From the human T2T-CHM13v2.0 reference genome, Homo sapiens: a DNA stretch of 64,000 bases. The stretch is from the NCBI RefSeq assembly GCF_009914755.1, contig NC_060929.1. The stretch is one strand, 5' to 3'. A program made the translations under genes and the position numbers. Every line of letters starts with the position of its first letter. The first letter of the stretch is position 1. The notes beneath the pieces were generated by a model. The model saw only the letters and a list, made by a program, of their open reading frames with translations, was not told where the DNA came from and searched no databases. Positions 43,290-62,470 of this stretch are shown here, in pieces.

Positions 43290-46200
43290 CTAGAAACACC
43301 AATACCAGCTCCTCCACGAGTTTCCAGCTCCATAACCTAAGACATCGGAGGCAGCATTGGCTCCTCACCCAGATTCCAGCTCCGGGACCCTCATATTTGA
43401 ACTGCAGGACCATCTCATCCCTGGATCTCCAGCTGCACCACACTCAAATTAGAACAACATCAGCTCCTCTCCAGGTCTCCACCTGCACAGCCCTCGAACG
43501 GGAACGTCAGCTCCTCCCCGGGTCTCCAGCTGCACGGCCCTAAAACTAGAACATCAGCTCCCGCCCGGGTCTCCAGTTGCACCATCCTCAAACTGGAACA
43601 TCAGATCCCCATGGGTCTCCAGCTGCAGGGCCCTCAAACTGGAACATCAGCTCCCCACCAGATCTCCAGCTGCACGGCCCTCAAACTGGAACATCAGCTC
43701 CCCGCTGGGTCTCCAGCTGCATGGCCTGCAAACTGGAACATGAGCTCCCCGCCGGGTCTCCAGCTGCATGGCCCTCAAATTGGAACATCAGCTCCCCACC
43801 AGATCTCCAGCTGCACGGCCCTCAAACTGGAATATCAGCTCCACCCTGGGGCTCCAGGTGCACAGCCCTCAAACTGCAACATCAGCTCCCAGCCGGGTAT
43901 CCAGCTGCATGGCCCTCAAACTGCAACATCAGTTCCCCGCCGGGTCTCCAGCTTCACGGCCCTCAAACTGGAACATCAGCTCCCCGCCCAGGTCTCCAGC
44001 TCCACGGCCCTCAACCTGCAACATCAGCTCCCCACCGGGTCTCCAGATGCATGGCCCTCAAACTGGAACATCAACTCCCCACCAGGTCTCCAGATGCACG
44101 GCCTGCAAACTGGAACATCAGCTCCCATCAGATCTCCAGCTGCACAGCCCTCAAACTGGAATATCAGCTCCACCCCGGGGCTCCAGGTGCACAGCCCTCA
44201 AACTGCAACATTAGCTCCCAGCCAGGTATCCAGCTGCATGGCCCTCAAACTGCAATATCAGCTCCCAGCCAGGTATCCAGCTGCATGGCCCTCAAACTGC
44301 AACATCAGCTCCCCCCCGGGTCTCCAGCTCCACGGCCCTCAAACTGCAACATTAGCTCCCCGCCAGGTCTCCAGCTTCACGGCCTTCAAACTGGAACATC
44401 AGCTCCCCGCCCAGGTCTCCAGCTCCACGGCCCTCAACCTGCAACATTAGCTCCCCACTGGGTCTCCAGATGCACAGCCCTCAAACTGGAACATTGGCTC
44501 CCCACCGGGTCTCCAGCTGCATGGCCTTAAACTGGAACATCAGCTCCCAGGCCCTCAAACAGGAACATCAGCTCCCCACAGGGTCTCCAGCTGCACGGCC
44601 CTCAAATTGCAACATCAGTTCCCCCCTGGGTCTCCAGCTGCACCACCTCAAACTGCAACATCAGCTCCCTGCTGGGTCTCCAGCAGCACGGCCCTCAACC
44701 TGGAACATTAGCTCCTACCCACCCGGGTCTCCAGCTCCACGACCCTCAACCGGCAACACTGGCTCCCCACCGGTTCTCCAGATGCACGGCCCTCAAACAT
44801 CAGCTCCCAGCCGGGTCTCCAGCTGCACGGCCCTCAAACTGGAACATCAGCTCCCCTCCAGGTCTCCAGATGCACGGCCCTCAAACTGGAACATCAGCTC
44901 CCAGCCAGGTATCCAGCTGCATGGCCCTCAAACTGCAACATCAGTTTCCCCCCGGGTGTCCAGCTTCATGGCCCTCGAACTGGAACATCAGCTCCCCACC
45001 CAGGTCTCCAGCTCCACGGCCCTCAACCTGCAACATCAGCTCCCCACCGGGTCTCCAGATGCACGGCCCTCAAACTGGAACATCAACTCCCCACCCAGGT
45101 CTCCAGCTCCACGGCCCTCAACCTGCAACATCAGCTCCCCACCGGGTCTCCAGATGCACAGCCCTCAAACTGGAACATCAACTCCCCGTTGTGTCTCCAG
45201 ATGCACGGCCTGCAAACTGGAACATCAGCTCCCGTCAGGTCTCCAGCTGCACAGCCCTCAAACTGCAACATCAGCTCCCAGCCAGGTATCCAGCTGCATG
45301 GCCCTCAAACTGGAACATCAGCTCCCCGCCCAGGTCTCCAGCTCCACGGCCCTCAACCTGCAACATCAGATCTCCACCGGGTCTCCAGATGCACAGCCCT
45401 CAAACTGGAACACTGGCTCCCCCCCGGGTCTCCAGCTGCATGGCCTTAAACTGGAACATCAGCTCCTAGGCCCTCAAACAGGAACATCAGCTCCCCACAG
45501 GGTCTCCAGCTGCACGGCCCTCAAATTGCAACATCAGTTCCCCTACTGGGTCTCCAGCTGCACCACCTCAAACTGCAACATCAGCTCCCTGCTAGGTCTC
45601 CAGCAGCATGGCCCTCAACCTGGAACATCAGCTCCCACCCACCCGGGTCTCCAGCTCCACGGCCCTCAACCGGCAACACTGGCTCCCCACCGGTCCTCCA
45701 GATGCACGGCCCTCAAACTGGAACATCAGCTCCACCCCGGGTATCCAGCTGCACGGCCCTCAAACTGGAACATCAGCTCCCCACCAGGTCTCCAGATGCA
45801 CGGCCCTCAAACTGGAACATCAGCTCCCCGCTGGGTCTCCAGCTGCACGGCCCTCAAACTGGAACATCAGCTCCCCGCCGGGTCTCCAGGTGCACGGCCC
45901 TCAAACTGGAACATCAGCTCCCCGCCAGGTCACCAGCTGCACGGCCCTCAAACTGGAACATCAGCTTCCCGCCGGGTCTCCAGCTGCATGGCCCTCAAAT
46001 AGCAACATCAGCTCCCAGCAGAGTCTCCAGCTGCACGGCCATCAAACTGGAACATCAGCTCCCCCGCGGGTCTCCAGCTGCACAGACCTCAAACTTGAAC
46101 ATCAGCTCCCTGCCGGGTCATCAACTGCACGGCCCTCAAACTGGAACATCAGCTCCACCCCTGGGTCTCCAGCAGCATGGCCCTACAACTGGAACATCAG

Positions 46201-49200
46201 CTTCCCCCCCGGGTCTCCAGCTGCACAGCCCTACAACTGGAACATCAGCTCCCTGCCGGGTCTGCAGCTGCATGGCCCTCAAATTGGAACATCAGCTCCC
46301 CGCCAGGTTCAAATTGTTCCAGTTTGAGGGCCGTGCAGCTGAAGACCCGGTGGGGAGCTGATGTTCCAGTCTGAGGGCCGTGCAGCTGGATACCCGGTGG
46401 GGAGCTGAAGTTCCAGTTTGAGGGCTGTGAAGCTGGAGACCCAGTGGGGAGCTGATGTTCCAGTTTGAGGGCCATGCAGCTGGAGACTCAGTGGTAGCCG
46501 ATGTTGCAGTTTGAGGGCCGTGCAGCTGGAGACCCGGGTGGGAACCGATGTTCCAGTCTGGGAGCCATGCAGCTGGAGGCACTGCGGGGAGCAGATGTTC
46601 CAGTTTGATGTTCCCCCCTGGGTCTCCAGGTGCACGGCCCTCAAACTGGAACATCAGCTCCCCGCCGGATCTCCAGCTGCACAGCCGTCAACATCAGCTC
46701 CTCCCCGAGTCCTCAGCTGCGCAACCCTCAAGTTAGAACATCAGCTTCTCCCCAAGTCTTCAGCTGTGCGACCCTCAATCTAGAACATCAGTTCCTCTCT
46801 GGGTCTGCAGCTGCAAGACCCTGAAACTACATCAGCTTCTCTCTGGGTCTGCAGCTGCAAGACCCTCAAACTACAACATCAGCTTCCCTCCAGGTCTCCA
46901 GTTCCGTGACCCTAAATCTAGAACATCACCTCCTCCCTGAGTCTCCAACTGAAAGACCCACAACGCAAACAACTTCAGCTCCTCCACAAGTCTTCAGCTG
47001 CACGACGCTCAATCTAGAACATCAGCTCCTCTCCGGGTCTGCAGCTGCAAGACCCTCAAACTACAACGTCAGCTCCTCTCCGGGTTTTCACCTCCATGAC
47101 CCTCAATCTAGAACATCAGCTCCTCCCTGAGTCTCCAGCTGAAAGACCATCAAAGTGAACATCATCAGCTCCTCCCCGAGTCTTCAGCTGCACGATGTTC
47201 AATCTAGAACATCAGCTCCTGTCTGGTTCTCCAGCTGCACGACCCTCAAACTACAACCTCAGCTCTTCCCCGAGTCTTCTGCAGCATGATCCTCAATCTA
47301 GAACATAAGCTCCTCTCTGGGTGTCCAGCTGTAGGGACCTCAAATTAGAACATCACCTCCTCCCAGAGTCTTCAGCTGCACGACCCTCAATCTATAACAT
47401 CAGCTCCTCTCCGGGTTTCCAGCTCCATGACCCTAAAAATACATGAGCAGCTCCTCCCTGAATCTTCAGCTGCACAACCTCAAATTACAACATCAGCTCC
47501 TGTCTGCATCTCCAGCTGCAGGGCCCTCAAACTAGAATATGAGCTCCTCCCCGAGTCTTCAGCTGCACGACCCTCAAACTAGATCATCAGTTCCTGTACA
47601 GATCTCCAACTGTAGGGCCCTCAAACTAGAACATCAGCTTCTCCCCGAGTTTGCAGCTGCAAGACCCTCAAATTACAACCTCAGCTCCTCCCGGAGTCTT
47701 CAGCTGCACGACCCTCAATCTCGAACATCGGATCCTCTCCGGGTCTGCAACTGTAGGGCCCTCAAACTATAACATCAGCTCCTCTCCGGGTCTGCAGCTG
47801 TAAGGCTCTCAATCTAGAAATTCAGCTCCTCCCCGAGTCTTCTGCTGCACGACCCTCAACCTAGAACCGCAGCTCCTACCCGAGTCTTCAGCTGCATGAC
47901 CCTCAATCTAGAAAATCAGCTCCTCTCCAGGTCTGCAGCTGCAAGACCCTCAAACTAGAACATCACCTTCTCTCCAGGTCTCCAGTTCCATGACCCTAAA
48001 TCTAGAACATCAGCTCCTCCCTGAGTCTCCAACTGAAAGACCCTCAAGGCGAACAACATCACCTCCTCCCCAAGTCTTCAGCTGCAAGACCCTCAAACTA
48101 GAACATCAGATCCTCTCCAGGTCAGCAGCTGCAAGACCCTCAAACTAGAACATCAGCTCCTCTCCAGGTCTGCAGCTGCAAAATACTCAAACGAGAACAT
48201 CAGCTCCTCTCCAGGTCTGCAGCTGCAAAATACTCAAACGAGAACATCAGCTCCTCTACAGATCCACAGCTGCAAGACCCTCAATCTAGAACTTCAGCTC
48301 CTCCCCGGGTTTTCAGCTGCAAGACCATCAAACTAGAACCTAAGCTCCTCCCCGAGTCTTCAGCTGCAAGACCCTCAATCTAGAACCTCAGCTCCTCCCT
48401 GGGTCTTCAGCTGCATGACCCTCAATCTAGAACCTCAGCTCCTCCCTGGGTCTTCAGCTGCATGACCCTCAATCTAGAACATCAGCTCCTATCCAGGTCT
48501 GCAGCTGCATGTCCCTCAAACTAGAACATCAGCTCCTCTCCAGGTCTCCAGCTGCATGACCCTCAAACTAGAACATCAGCTCCTCTCCAGGTCTCCAGCA
48601 GCATGACCCTCAAACTAGAACATCAGCTCCTCCCCGGGTCTTCAGCTGCATGACTCCAAAATTAGAACCTCAGCTCCTCCCCGAGACTTCAGCTGCACGA
48701 TCCTCAATCTAGAACATCAGCTCCTATCCAGGTCTGCAGCTGCAAGATTCTCAAATCAGAACATCAGCTCCTCTCCGAGTCTGCAGCTGCACGACCCTCA
48801 AACTAGAACATCAGCTCCTCTCAGGAACTGCAGCTGCAAGACCCTCAAACTAGAATATCAGCTCCACTCCGGGCCTGCAGCTGCAAGACCCTCAATCTAG
48901 AACCTCAGCTCCTCCCCGGGTCTTCAGCTGCATGACCCCCAAATTAGAACCTCAGCTCCTCCCCGAGTCTTCAGCTGCATGACCCTCAATCTAGAACATC
49001 AGCTCCTATCCAGGTCTGCAACTGCACGTCCCTCAAACTAGAACATCAGCTCCTCTCCGGGTCTGCAGCTGCAAGATTCTCAAATCAGAACATCAGCTCC
49101 TCTCCGAGTCTGCAGCTGCATGACCCTCAAACTAGAACATCAGCTCCTCTCTGGAACTGCAGCTGCAAGACCCTCAAACTAGAACATCAGCTCCTCTACG

Positions 49201-51435
49201 GGTCTGCAGCTGCACGACCCTCAATCTAGAACCTCAGCTTCTCCCCAGGTCTTCAGCTGCATGACCCCCAAATTAGAACCTCAGCTCCTCCCCGAGTCTT
49301 CAGCTGCATGGCCCTCAACCTAGAACATCAGCTCCTATCCAGGTCTGCAGCTGCACGTCCCTCAAACTAGAACATCAGCTCCTCTCCAGGTCTCCAGCTG
49401 CACGACCCTCAAACTAGAACATCAGCTCCTCTCCGGGTCTGCAGCTACAAGATTCTCAAATCAGAACATTAGCTCCTCTCCGAGTCTGCAGCTGCATGAC
49501 CCTCAAACTAGAACATCAGCTCCTCTCTGGAGCTGCAGCTGCAAGACCCTCAATCTAGAACCTCAGCTCCTCCCCGGGTCTTCAGCTGCATGACCCCAAA
49601 ATTAGAACCTCAGCTCCTCCCCAAGTCTTCAGCTGCACGACCCTCAATCTAGAACATCAGCTCCTGTCCAGGTCTGCAGCTGCAAGATTCTCAAATCAGA
49701 ACATCAGCTCCTCTCCGAGTCTGCAGCTGCACGACCCTCAAACTAGAAACATCAGCTCCTCTCCGGAACTGCAGCTGCAAGACCCTCAAACTAGAATATC
49801 AGCTCCACTCCGGGTCTGCAGCTGCACTACCCTCAATCTAGAACCTCAGCTCCTCCCTGGATCTTCAGCTGCACGACCCCCAAATTAGAACCTCAGCTCC
49901 TCCTCGAGTCTTCAGCTGCTTGACCCTCAATCTAGAACATCAGCTCCTATCCAGGTCTGCAGCTGCACGTCCCTCAAACTAGAACATCAGCTCCTCTCCG
50001 GGTCTGCAGCTGCACGACCCTCAAACTAGAACATCAGCTCCTCTCCGGAACTGCAGCTGCAAGACCCTCAAACTAGAATATCAGCTCCTCTCCGGGTCTG
50101 CAGCTGCATGGCCCTCAATCTAGAACCTCAGCTCCTCCCCGGGTCTTCAGCTGCATGACCCTCAAACGAGAATATCAGCTCCTCCCCGAGTCTTCAGCTG
50201 CACGACCCTCAATCTAGAACATCAGCTCCTCTCCAGGTCTCCAGCTGCACGACCCTCAAACTAGAACCTGCACGACCCTCAAACTAGAACATCAGCTCCT
50301 CCCTGGGTCTGCAGCTGGAAGATCCACTAACTAGAACATCAGCTCCTGCCGGGTCTGCAGCTCTGTGACCCTCGATCAAGATTACCAGCTCTTCCCTGAG
50401 TCTCCAGCTGAAAGACCCTCAACGTGAACAACATCACCTCCTCCCCGAGTCCTCAACTGCACGACCCTCAAACTACAACATCTCCTCCTCCCCGAGTCTG
50501 CAGCTGCACGACCATCAATCTAGAACATCAGCTCCTCTCCGGGTCTGCAGCTACAAGAACCTAACCGTAGAAGATCACCTCCTCCGTGGGTCTGCAGCTG
50601 GAAGATCCACTAACTAGAACATCGGCTCCTGTCCAGGTCTCCAGCTCCATGACCCTCAATCAAGATTATCAGCTCCTCCCTGAGTCTCCAGCTGAAAGAC
50701 CCTCAATGCGAACAACATCAGCTCCTCCCCGAGTCCTCAGCTGCATGACCCTCAAATACAACATCAGCTCCTCCCCGAGTCTTCAGCTGCACGACCCTCA
50801 ATCTAGAACATCAGCTCGTCTCCGGGTCTGCAGCTGCAAGAACCTAAAACTAGAACATCAGCTCCTCCCTGGATCTGCAGCTGGAAGATCCATTAAGTAG
50901 AATATCAGCTCCTGTCCGGGTCTCCAGCTCCATGACCCTCAATCAAGATTATCAGCTCCTCCCTGAGTCTCCAGCTGAAAGACCCTCAAGGCGAACAACA
51001 TCAGCTCCTCCCCGAGTCCTCAACTGCATGACCCTCAAACTACAACATCTCCTCCCCGAGTCTGCAGCTGCATGCCCCTCAATGTAGAACATCAGCTCCT
51101 CTCCAGGTCTGCAGCTGCACGACCCTCAATGTAGAACATCAGCTCCTCTTCAGGTCTGCAGCTGCAAGACCCTCAAACTAGAACATCAGGTCCTCTCCAG
51201 GTCTGCAGCTGCAAGACCCTCAAACTAGAACATCAGGTCCTCTCCAGGTCTGCAGCTGCAAGACCCTCAAACTAGAACATCAGCTCCTCTCCAGGTCTCC
51301 AGCTGCACGACCCTCAATCTAGAACATCAGCTCCTCTCCGGGTCTGCAGCTGCAGGGCCCTCAAGGTGGAACATCAGCTCCTCCCCAAGCTAGAACACCT
51401 CTCCCACCTGGATCTCCAGCTCCACGACCCTCACA
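43290..51435 (+). repeat. ~8.1 kb satellite of ~47-bp units (~170 copies), D20S16-like
   Basis: Unit GGTCTCCAGCTGCACGGCCCTCAAACTGGAACATCAGCTCCCCGCCG, period 47 (for example 43621 to 43668). The array is certain; the family name is from memory of the consensus and less certain. Confidence 0.85.
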
Positions 51436-52413
51436 GAACAATCCCTTCTCATGAAATTCAGCAGTCAAGAAATCTGCAGCGGAAGTAAATGAATAAATGT
51501 TTTGTTTTCAAATCGATATCTCTTTTATGTTCGTGAGTTAACTTTTCTACTTTCCATTAGCCTTGCAATCTACTTATGTCCAATGTGAAATAGAAACACA
51601 CCATTTGAAATCACGTTTAAAATCTTAGTAATATTTTTAAATAAAATCATCACACAGCTGTAGACACGATCTTATTTCTCTCTGCCTGTGCAGAAATCTT
51701 ATGAAAATTCGAACTATGAATTTACTTTGTTGAGATTCCCAGAATACACATTAATCCCAACTGTTACTCCCCTCCTTAAAATCTTTTAACATATTCCCAT
51801 CACCTGAGCATAAATGCCAGCTCCCATCCACAGCCCAAAGTGCCCAGCACGGCCCTGCCCTCTGCCCTGGTCTATGGTCTCCCCTCTTAAATGCCAGCAC
51901 CATCCACAGCCCACAGTGCCCAGCACAGCCCTGCCCTCTGCCCTGCCCTCTGCTCTGGCCTAAGGTCTCTCCCCTGTGCTGTTCCCTTCCTGCCGGGCAG
52001 GCCTCTGTCCGTTCCTCAAACCACACAGGCTCAGGCCTGACTCCAGGCCTTTGCCCTGCTGTGCCCTCTGCCTAGGGTGCCTTTCCCGGGCTCTGCATCC
52101 TCCTCTCAACCCGCTGAGCTCCAGCCTGCTGGTCGCCCCTCAGGTGGATGAACACATGGTGTCCTCTCGCCCCGCTGGCTTTTGCACAGGCTCTTCTCTG
52201 TGCCAGACACAAACCCTCTCTATCGGGGTTTACTCTCTAAATACCATTCGTCCTTGGAGTCTCCACTGAAATATCGCTCCCTGCCCACCCCCCTCCCTTG
52301 GACTTAACCTTGGTTAGGTTGCCAACCCCCGTCTCCTGACTCCGGGAAGCTAGATGCTCTCCTAGCACTCGGAACTTGCCCATCGCCACATTTGCACACC
52401 CGTGATTACTGGG

Positions 52414-52531
52414 TTAGGTTGGTGCACAAGTCATTGTGGTTTTTGCCATTACTATTAATGAACTGCAGCACCGGCTCCTCCCCGTTTTTTTTTTTTTTGC
52501 CATTACTTTTAATGACTGCTGCACCAACCTA
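52414..52531. mobile_element. MADE1 (Hsmar1-derived MITE), internally rearranged
   Basis: Inverted termini TTAGGTTGGTGCA...TGCACCAACCTA with a TTTTGCCATTACT core. Confidence 0.75.
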
Positions 52532-53292
52532 TTAGAATCATTTATATTTATTCATCCATCATCTGCCTTCCCCTCTAGAAAGGAAGCTCCATGAGAATAG
52601 AAGCCAAATCTACTCAAATCACTCCACCTTCCCACACATTGTCAATAATCATTTACCAACTGACTGATAGAGAAATGCCTTCCCTGTTGCTGGGATGAGG
52701 CACATGACACGCCCCTTTGAAAGTCACTGTCATGGACAGTTGGCATTCGCTCTTCACTGCTGTACCCGTGGCGTGGCTGGGTTTAGGCTGATCTAGTCTG
52801 GCCTTGACTCCAGGCTGAGGATGGGAACCATGCCTGCTCCACATGCCTCTCATCCCACAGCCAGAGCCGCCGTTCCCTGGGGCACGCACATCTCGTGGGG
52901 AAAATCAAGAGCCTTAGAGGGCAGGCCTGGCAGCGCCACACATTCCAGGCTTCTGCTTCTGCCGTGTCTGTGAAAATCTCATTGGCAGAAGCAAGTCACC
53001 CAGCCACGAGCCACACCTATGGGATGGATAAGTCCATCCACCCTCCCTCGGGCCCTGGCAAGGTTGTGGCTATGTCATACTCTTATGGGGGGAGTGAAAA
53101 ATTGAGGCCCAACATTAAATCACCCACGCAAGAAATGTCAGCCTCTGTCCCCACGCTGGAATCATTCTTCACCAGCCGGTTTGCCTGAATTCCCTTTGCA
53201 ATGGTGTCTGCAGGTTTAGGCCAATGCTGTTCCCCGTGGAGGACAGAGAAGCCTCAATGGGCCTCCATCTGTTGGGAAGAACAAGATATTAG

Positions 53293-56851
<3,559 letters not shown>

Positions 56852-59076
56852 CATGCACTTTATAGAGGAGGGCTTTGCATCCTGAAGGGCGGGTGGAGCT
56901 TCATCCTGCAGAGATGAAAGGCAGAGGAAGCTCAGAGCCCAAGGTAAAGGGGGGCGCCTAACAAAAGCGACTCCATTGGGACCACAGTGAGAGGGTCCCG
57001 ATACACAGCTTGGGTTAAGCCAGACACTGATTTCAAAGTATCTCAGGAATGGTGGACTCAGCACCTGTCAGGCAATTCTCTCTCTCAAGCAGTCTCCTGG
57101 TAGATATTTAGTAGCAGCTGAAATCAAGATTATGTTCTGACTGACACTTGCTGATGGTTAAAGAGCTATATATGCTTTGAGGACCAGCTGAACTGGGGCA
57201 GGACTAATGCCCTCTGGTGAAAATACAGGAACCCAAACACACAAGTCAGAGCAGGAGGTGTCTCCCCAAACCCCAAACAATAATGCTGACCTTGGATTTG
57301 GGTTAAGTGCCTAGCCCAGCATGTGAGTGTTCAGTAAGTGGAAACCATCATCACCATCATCAGGTAATGGAAAACCATCAAAGCTTTGAGCTGGCTTGTT
57401 AGCCAAGAATAGTAGCAGTGTATTAGCTACTACTAATACTCACAGCTGACAATTACTGACCACTTGTTCCGTGCCAGGAATCACGGAAGCACCTCGCATG
57501 CATTTCCTCAATACTCCCTCCCAGTAACAGCAAGGACACAAAACTGGTAGAGCCAGGACTGGAATCCAGGCCGGCCCCAAAGCACTCCAGTGGAGCCTGC
57601 CAAGGTGGGCAGGCTACCATACTAATGCGGTCCAGTATTTGACCACCACTCCTAGTTGAGCAAGTTTAACAGAAAACCTAAAACTAAACCTAAAATCTAA
57701 AAATTTGAGCAAATGCATAAAAAGCAGGCTGTTAAAATGGATCATAAATCTTGCATCACTCGCTGGAAAACCACTCAAAATAAACGTCTCTGAGACATGG
57801 CCTCTGAGGAGGGCACTCTGTGTGGCTCATATCACCTTGCTGACAAACCACTTGAACCTGGGTGGTCATCTGACCATACTGAACAGACGATGCACAGAGC
57901 CATTTGCATCCACTGTGGTCAACATTTAGGAAGTTTTAAGCTAAGATTTGCCAAATTGTAGCCTACTGGATTCCGGGTTCTCTTGACATCTCTTTCTAGT
58001 CGCCATGTCTTGCACTTCCCGAGTATAAATGAACTGAGATGCAAATAAAAAAAGGAGGATTTAAGAATAATGAAAAGAGAAAAATCAAGAAAGCACAATC
58101 ACTAGTGTAGAGATAACAGCATTTCTGAATTCCCTGAAAACAATCTATATAAATGCATGTGAAATAATACACCAGCATCTGTGGCCCACACGCCACATAT
58201 TAGGAACGGATGTCATAATATAAGGTAAACATGTTACTCTGAAAACACAAATCCTCACAAATCATTAGGCAGTAAGGCTGAATCCAGCACCCCCCCCACC
58301 CACAGCGCAGTGAGGCAGTGTCTAGCAGCCGTAGTGCTCCCCGCGTCCCAGTTCAGTCTCTGGCAACATCAGATACTTCCCACTAATAACGAGGAGCCTT
58401 TCAACATTTTCACATCTCAAAACTGACCCCTTTTCTAGCTTAAATGGCACGGATCTGGAAAGGCAAACTATACACAGAATCTAAAGCAGCAGTCAGGTGT
58501 TCAATGAAGTAAAATGTATCCAATGATAGCTCAGGGGAGGGGGATCAATTGAGCTGAAACTGGCAAGAACGTAACTCCAGGGAGCTCACAACACGCAAGG
58601 ACCCGGATTTCCCGCTGCCTGAACGCCCAGTATTCGCACACTGATAAGAACACCTCCCCATAACTCCCCTGCCAGCGCCTCCAACACCCCCAATCCTTTC
58701 CCCAGGAACCCAGTCCCAGTTTCTGCAGTTCCTGTAACAGCCACGTTCCCACACAAGGGCTGCCTGAGCTCCCCAAGCCCTCCAACAATCACCCCCCAGT
58801 GCCCTCGAAGGTCTATTCAGAGAAGTCACCAAGATGCAGTCACCCAGGAAATTCAAGGACCTCCAACTTACCAAAAGGCTTTCGGCTGTACAGAGCTAAG
58901 CTTCCTACTCTCCTCCTAAACCTACAATCTAGTTTTCATTTCTCAAGAAGCCTTTCCCTGTGCTCACGCACGCAGTTGTTAGCTGGCTCGGTGAGGCACT
59001 CCAAGCAGTAACAGCGGTAGCCACAAAATAAACCAGAAGCATCTCCACCATGAAGCAGTATTAACAATTTGTCCTA

Positions 59077-59253
<177 letters not shown>

Positions 59254-59706
59254 TCAAGAAGACCAAATAAGCTGGCGATCGAAAGTTCAGGAAAAGCAAA
59301 ACAAACGTCTCCTGTCAACCCTGCACCGACTCTGGAAGGCTCCCTCCTGGAACCTCCGCCTCTCCCGTCCCGCTGAGGAGTACAGCGGAATCAAGGAAGT
59401 GCCCCAGGAGCCGACGTCCAGTGTGGTCTTCCCCTAAGAGGACAATCATCTTTCTCTCTCTTTTCCCACCTCAATCCTTCCCTTCCTTCCTCTCCTGGCC
59501 TGTCTGAATTCCCATTTGCACCAGTTTCCCTTTTTCACAGACAAGAAAAGATTCCCTCAGATAACTAAGCCATTCCCTAGCCATCAGTCACTACAGTTTC
59601 GGACATTCGGTGGAAAAGCGACCAGGGACAGAAGGCGCCGCCATAAAGGTCACCTGGCCCGAGCAGACGCCAGGTCGCTGCTTCTTCCTTGGCTGCTGAC
59701 ATTTTA

Positions 59707-60480
<774 letters not shown>

Positions 60481-60542
60481 CAGGGACTTAGTTTGCCTTT
60501 TAGTTCTTGTATGAAAAGAAGTTTTGAGGTGAATGTGATTCA

Positions 60543-61537
<995 letters not shown>

Positions 61538-62470
61538 TCATGCGGCCTTCCACTCCAGTCCTGTGTCCTGTGCCCCGGTTCAGAATACTACAATTATTCT
61601 CGTTATTTCATGGGGTTATTCCAGCTTTTCAGTTTCTTCAGTGCCTCATTCCATGAATGCTTTTTTCATCCTCCTAGTTCCTAGGGTTGTCTCTGAATAT
61701 TCACCCAGTTGCCTACCAAGATGTTGTCTGTGTCTACTGCAGGGGATGGTGCAGGTCTGAATATCTTACTCACAGCAGCCACTGTGTCTACTGCAGGGGA
61801 CGGTGCAGGTCTGAATATCTTACTCACAGCTCACCTTTTTGGTGCCTTTGATCCGTGTTAGGAATTATCCACATCTTCTCTCTGGGCAGTATTCTACTTT
61901 CTTTTTATATTGGCCCAATTATTTTACTTCTTTGGTGTGTCCTTTCTCCTAAAACATATGGGTTCACTTTGAAACCTTGAAACCCACATTTACAAAAACA
62001 TTTTCAATAGGAAACATCGTTCCATGACTCATTAGTGGAGTACTATAAACATTTACATTTCCAGACCACCCACTGCCCAGTGGTTTTCTTGGTCTCAGTA
62101 CTCATGAAAATGGTCTGAAGGTTTGTTTTGGGTTCCTAAGCAGTAGACACACACACAACACTGCCTGTCAGTTATTTCTTGGAAACTAAATCAGCCCTTC
62201 TGTTGCCATCCTATCATGCTTCAGGGGTGCCTGTGCTAGTTTTTAATTCTTTGTCCTAACACTTAAATGTTTGTTCAAACGCCCATATTAATACTTCCTC
62301 TTAGTTTACAAAAGGATTTACTTTCTTACTGGTTGGGATGAAGCTGCCTGAGGTTGCCACCTGTTACTTTTCCTTCATTTATTGGACCATGTCATCCCAT
62401 TACATGTCAGCCATGGAGGTTTTCAAACTGTGGTCCCTGGACATGTTAGAAATGCAAATTCTCAGGCCGA

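Noticed and set aside
43290-51435. CRISPR-like or other prokaryotic array interpretation of the regular repeats (also 6744-7614 and 39610-40072)
   Set aside because: The units are contiguous with no unique spacers, there are no cas genes, and the context is primate DNA.
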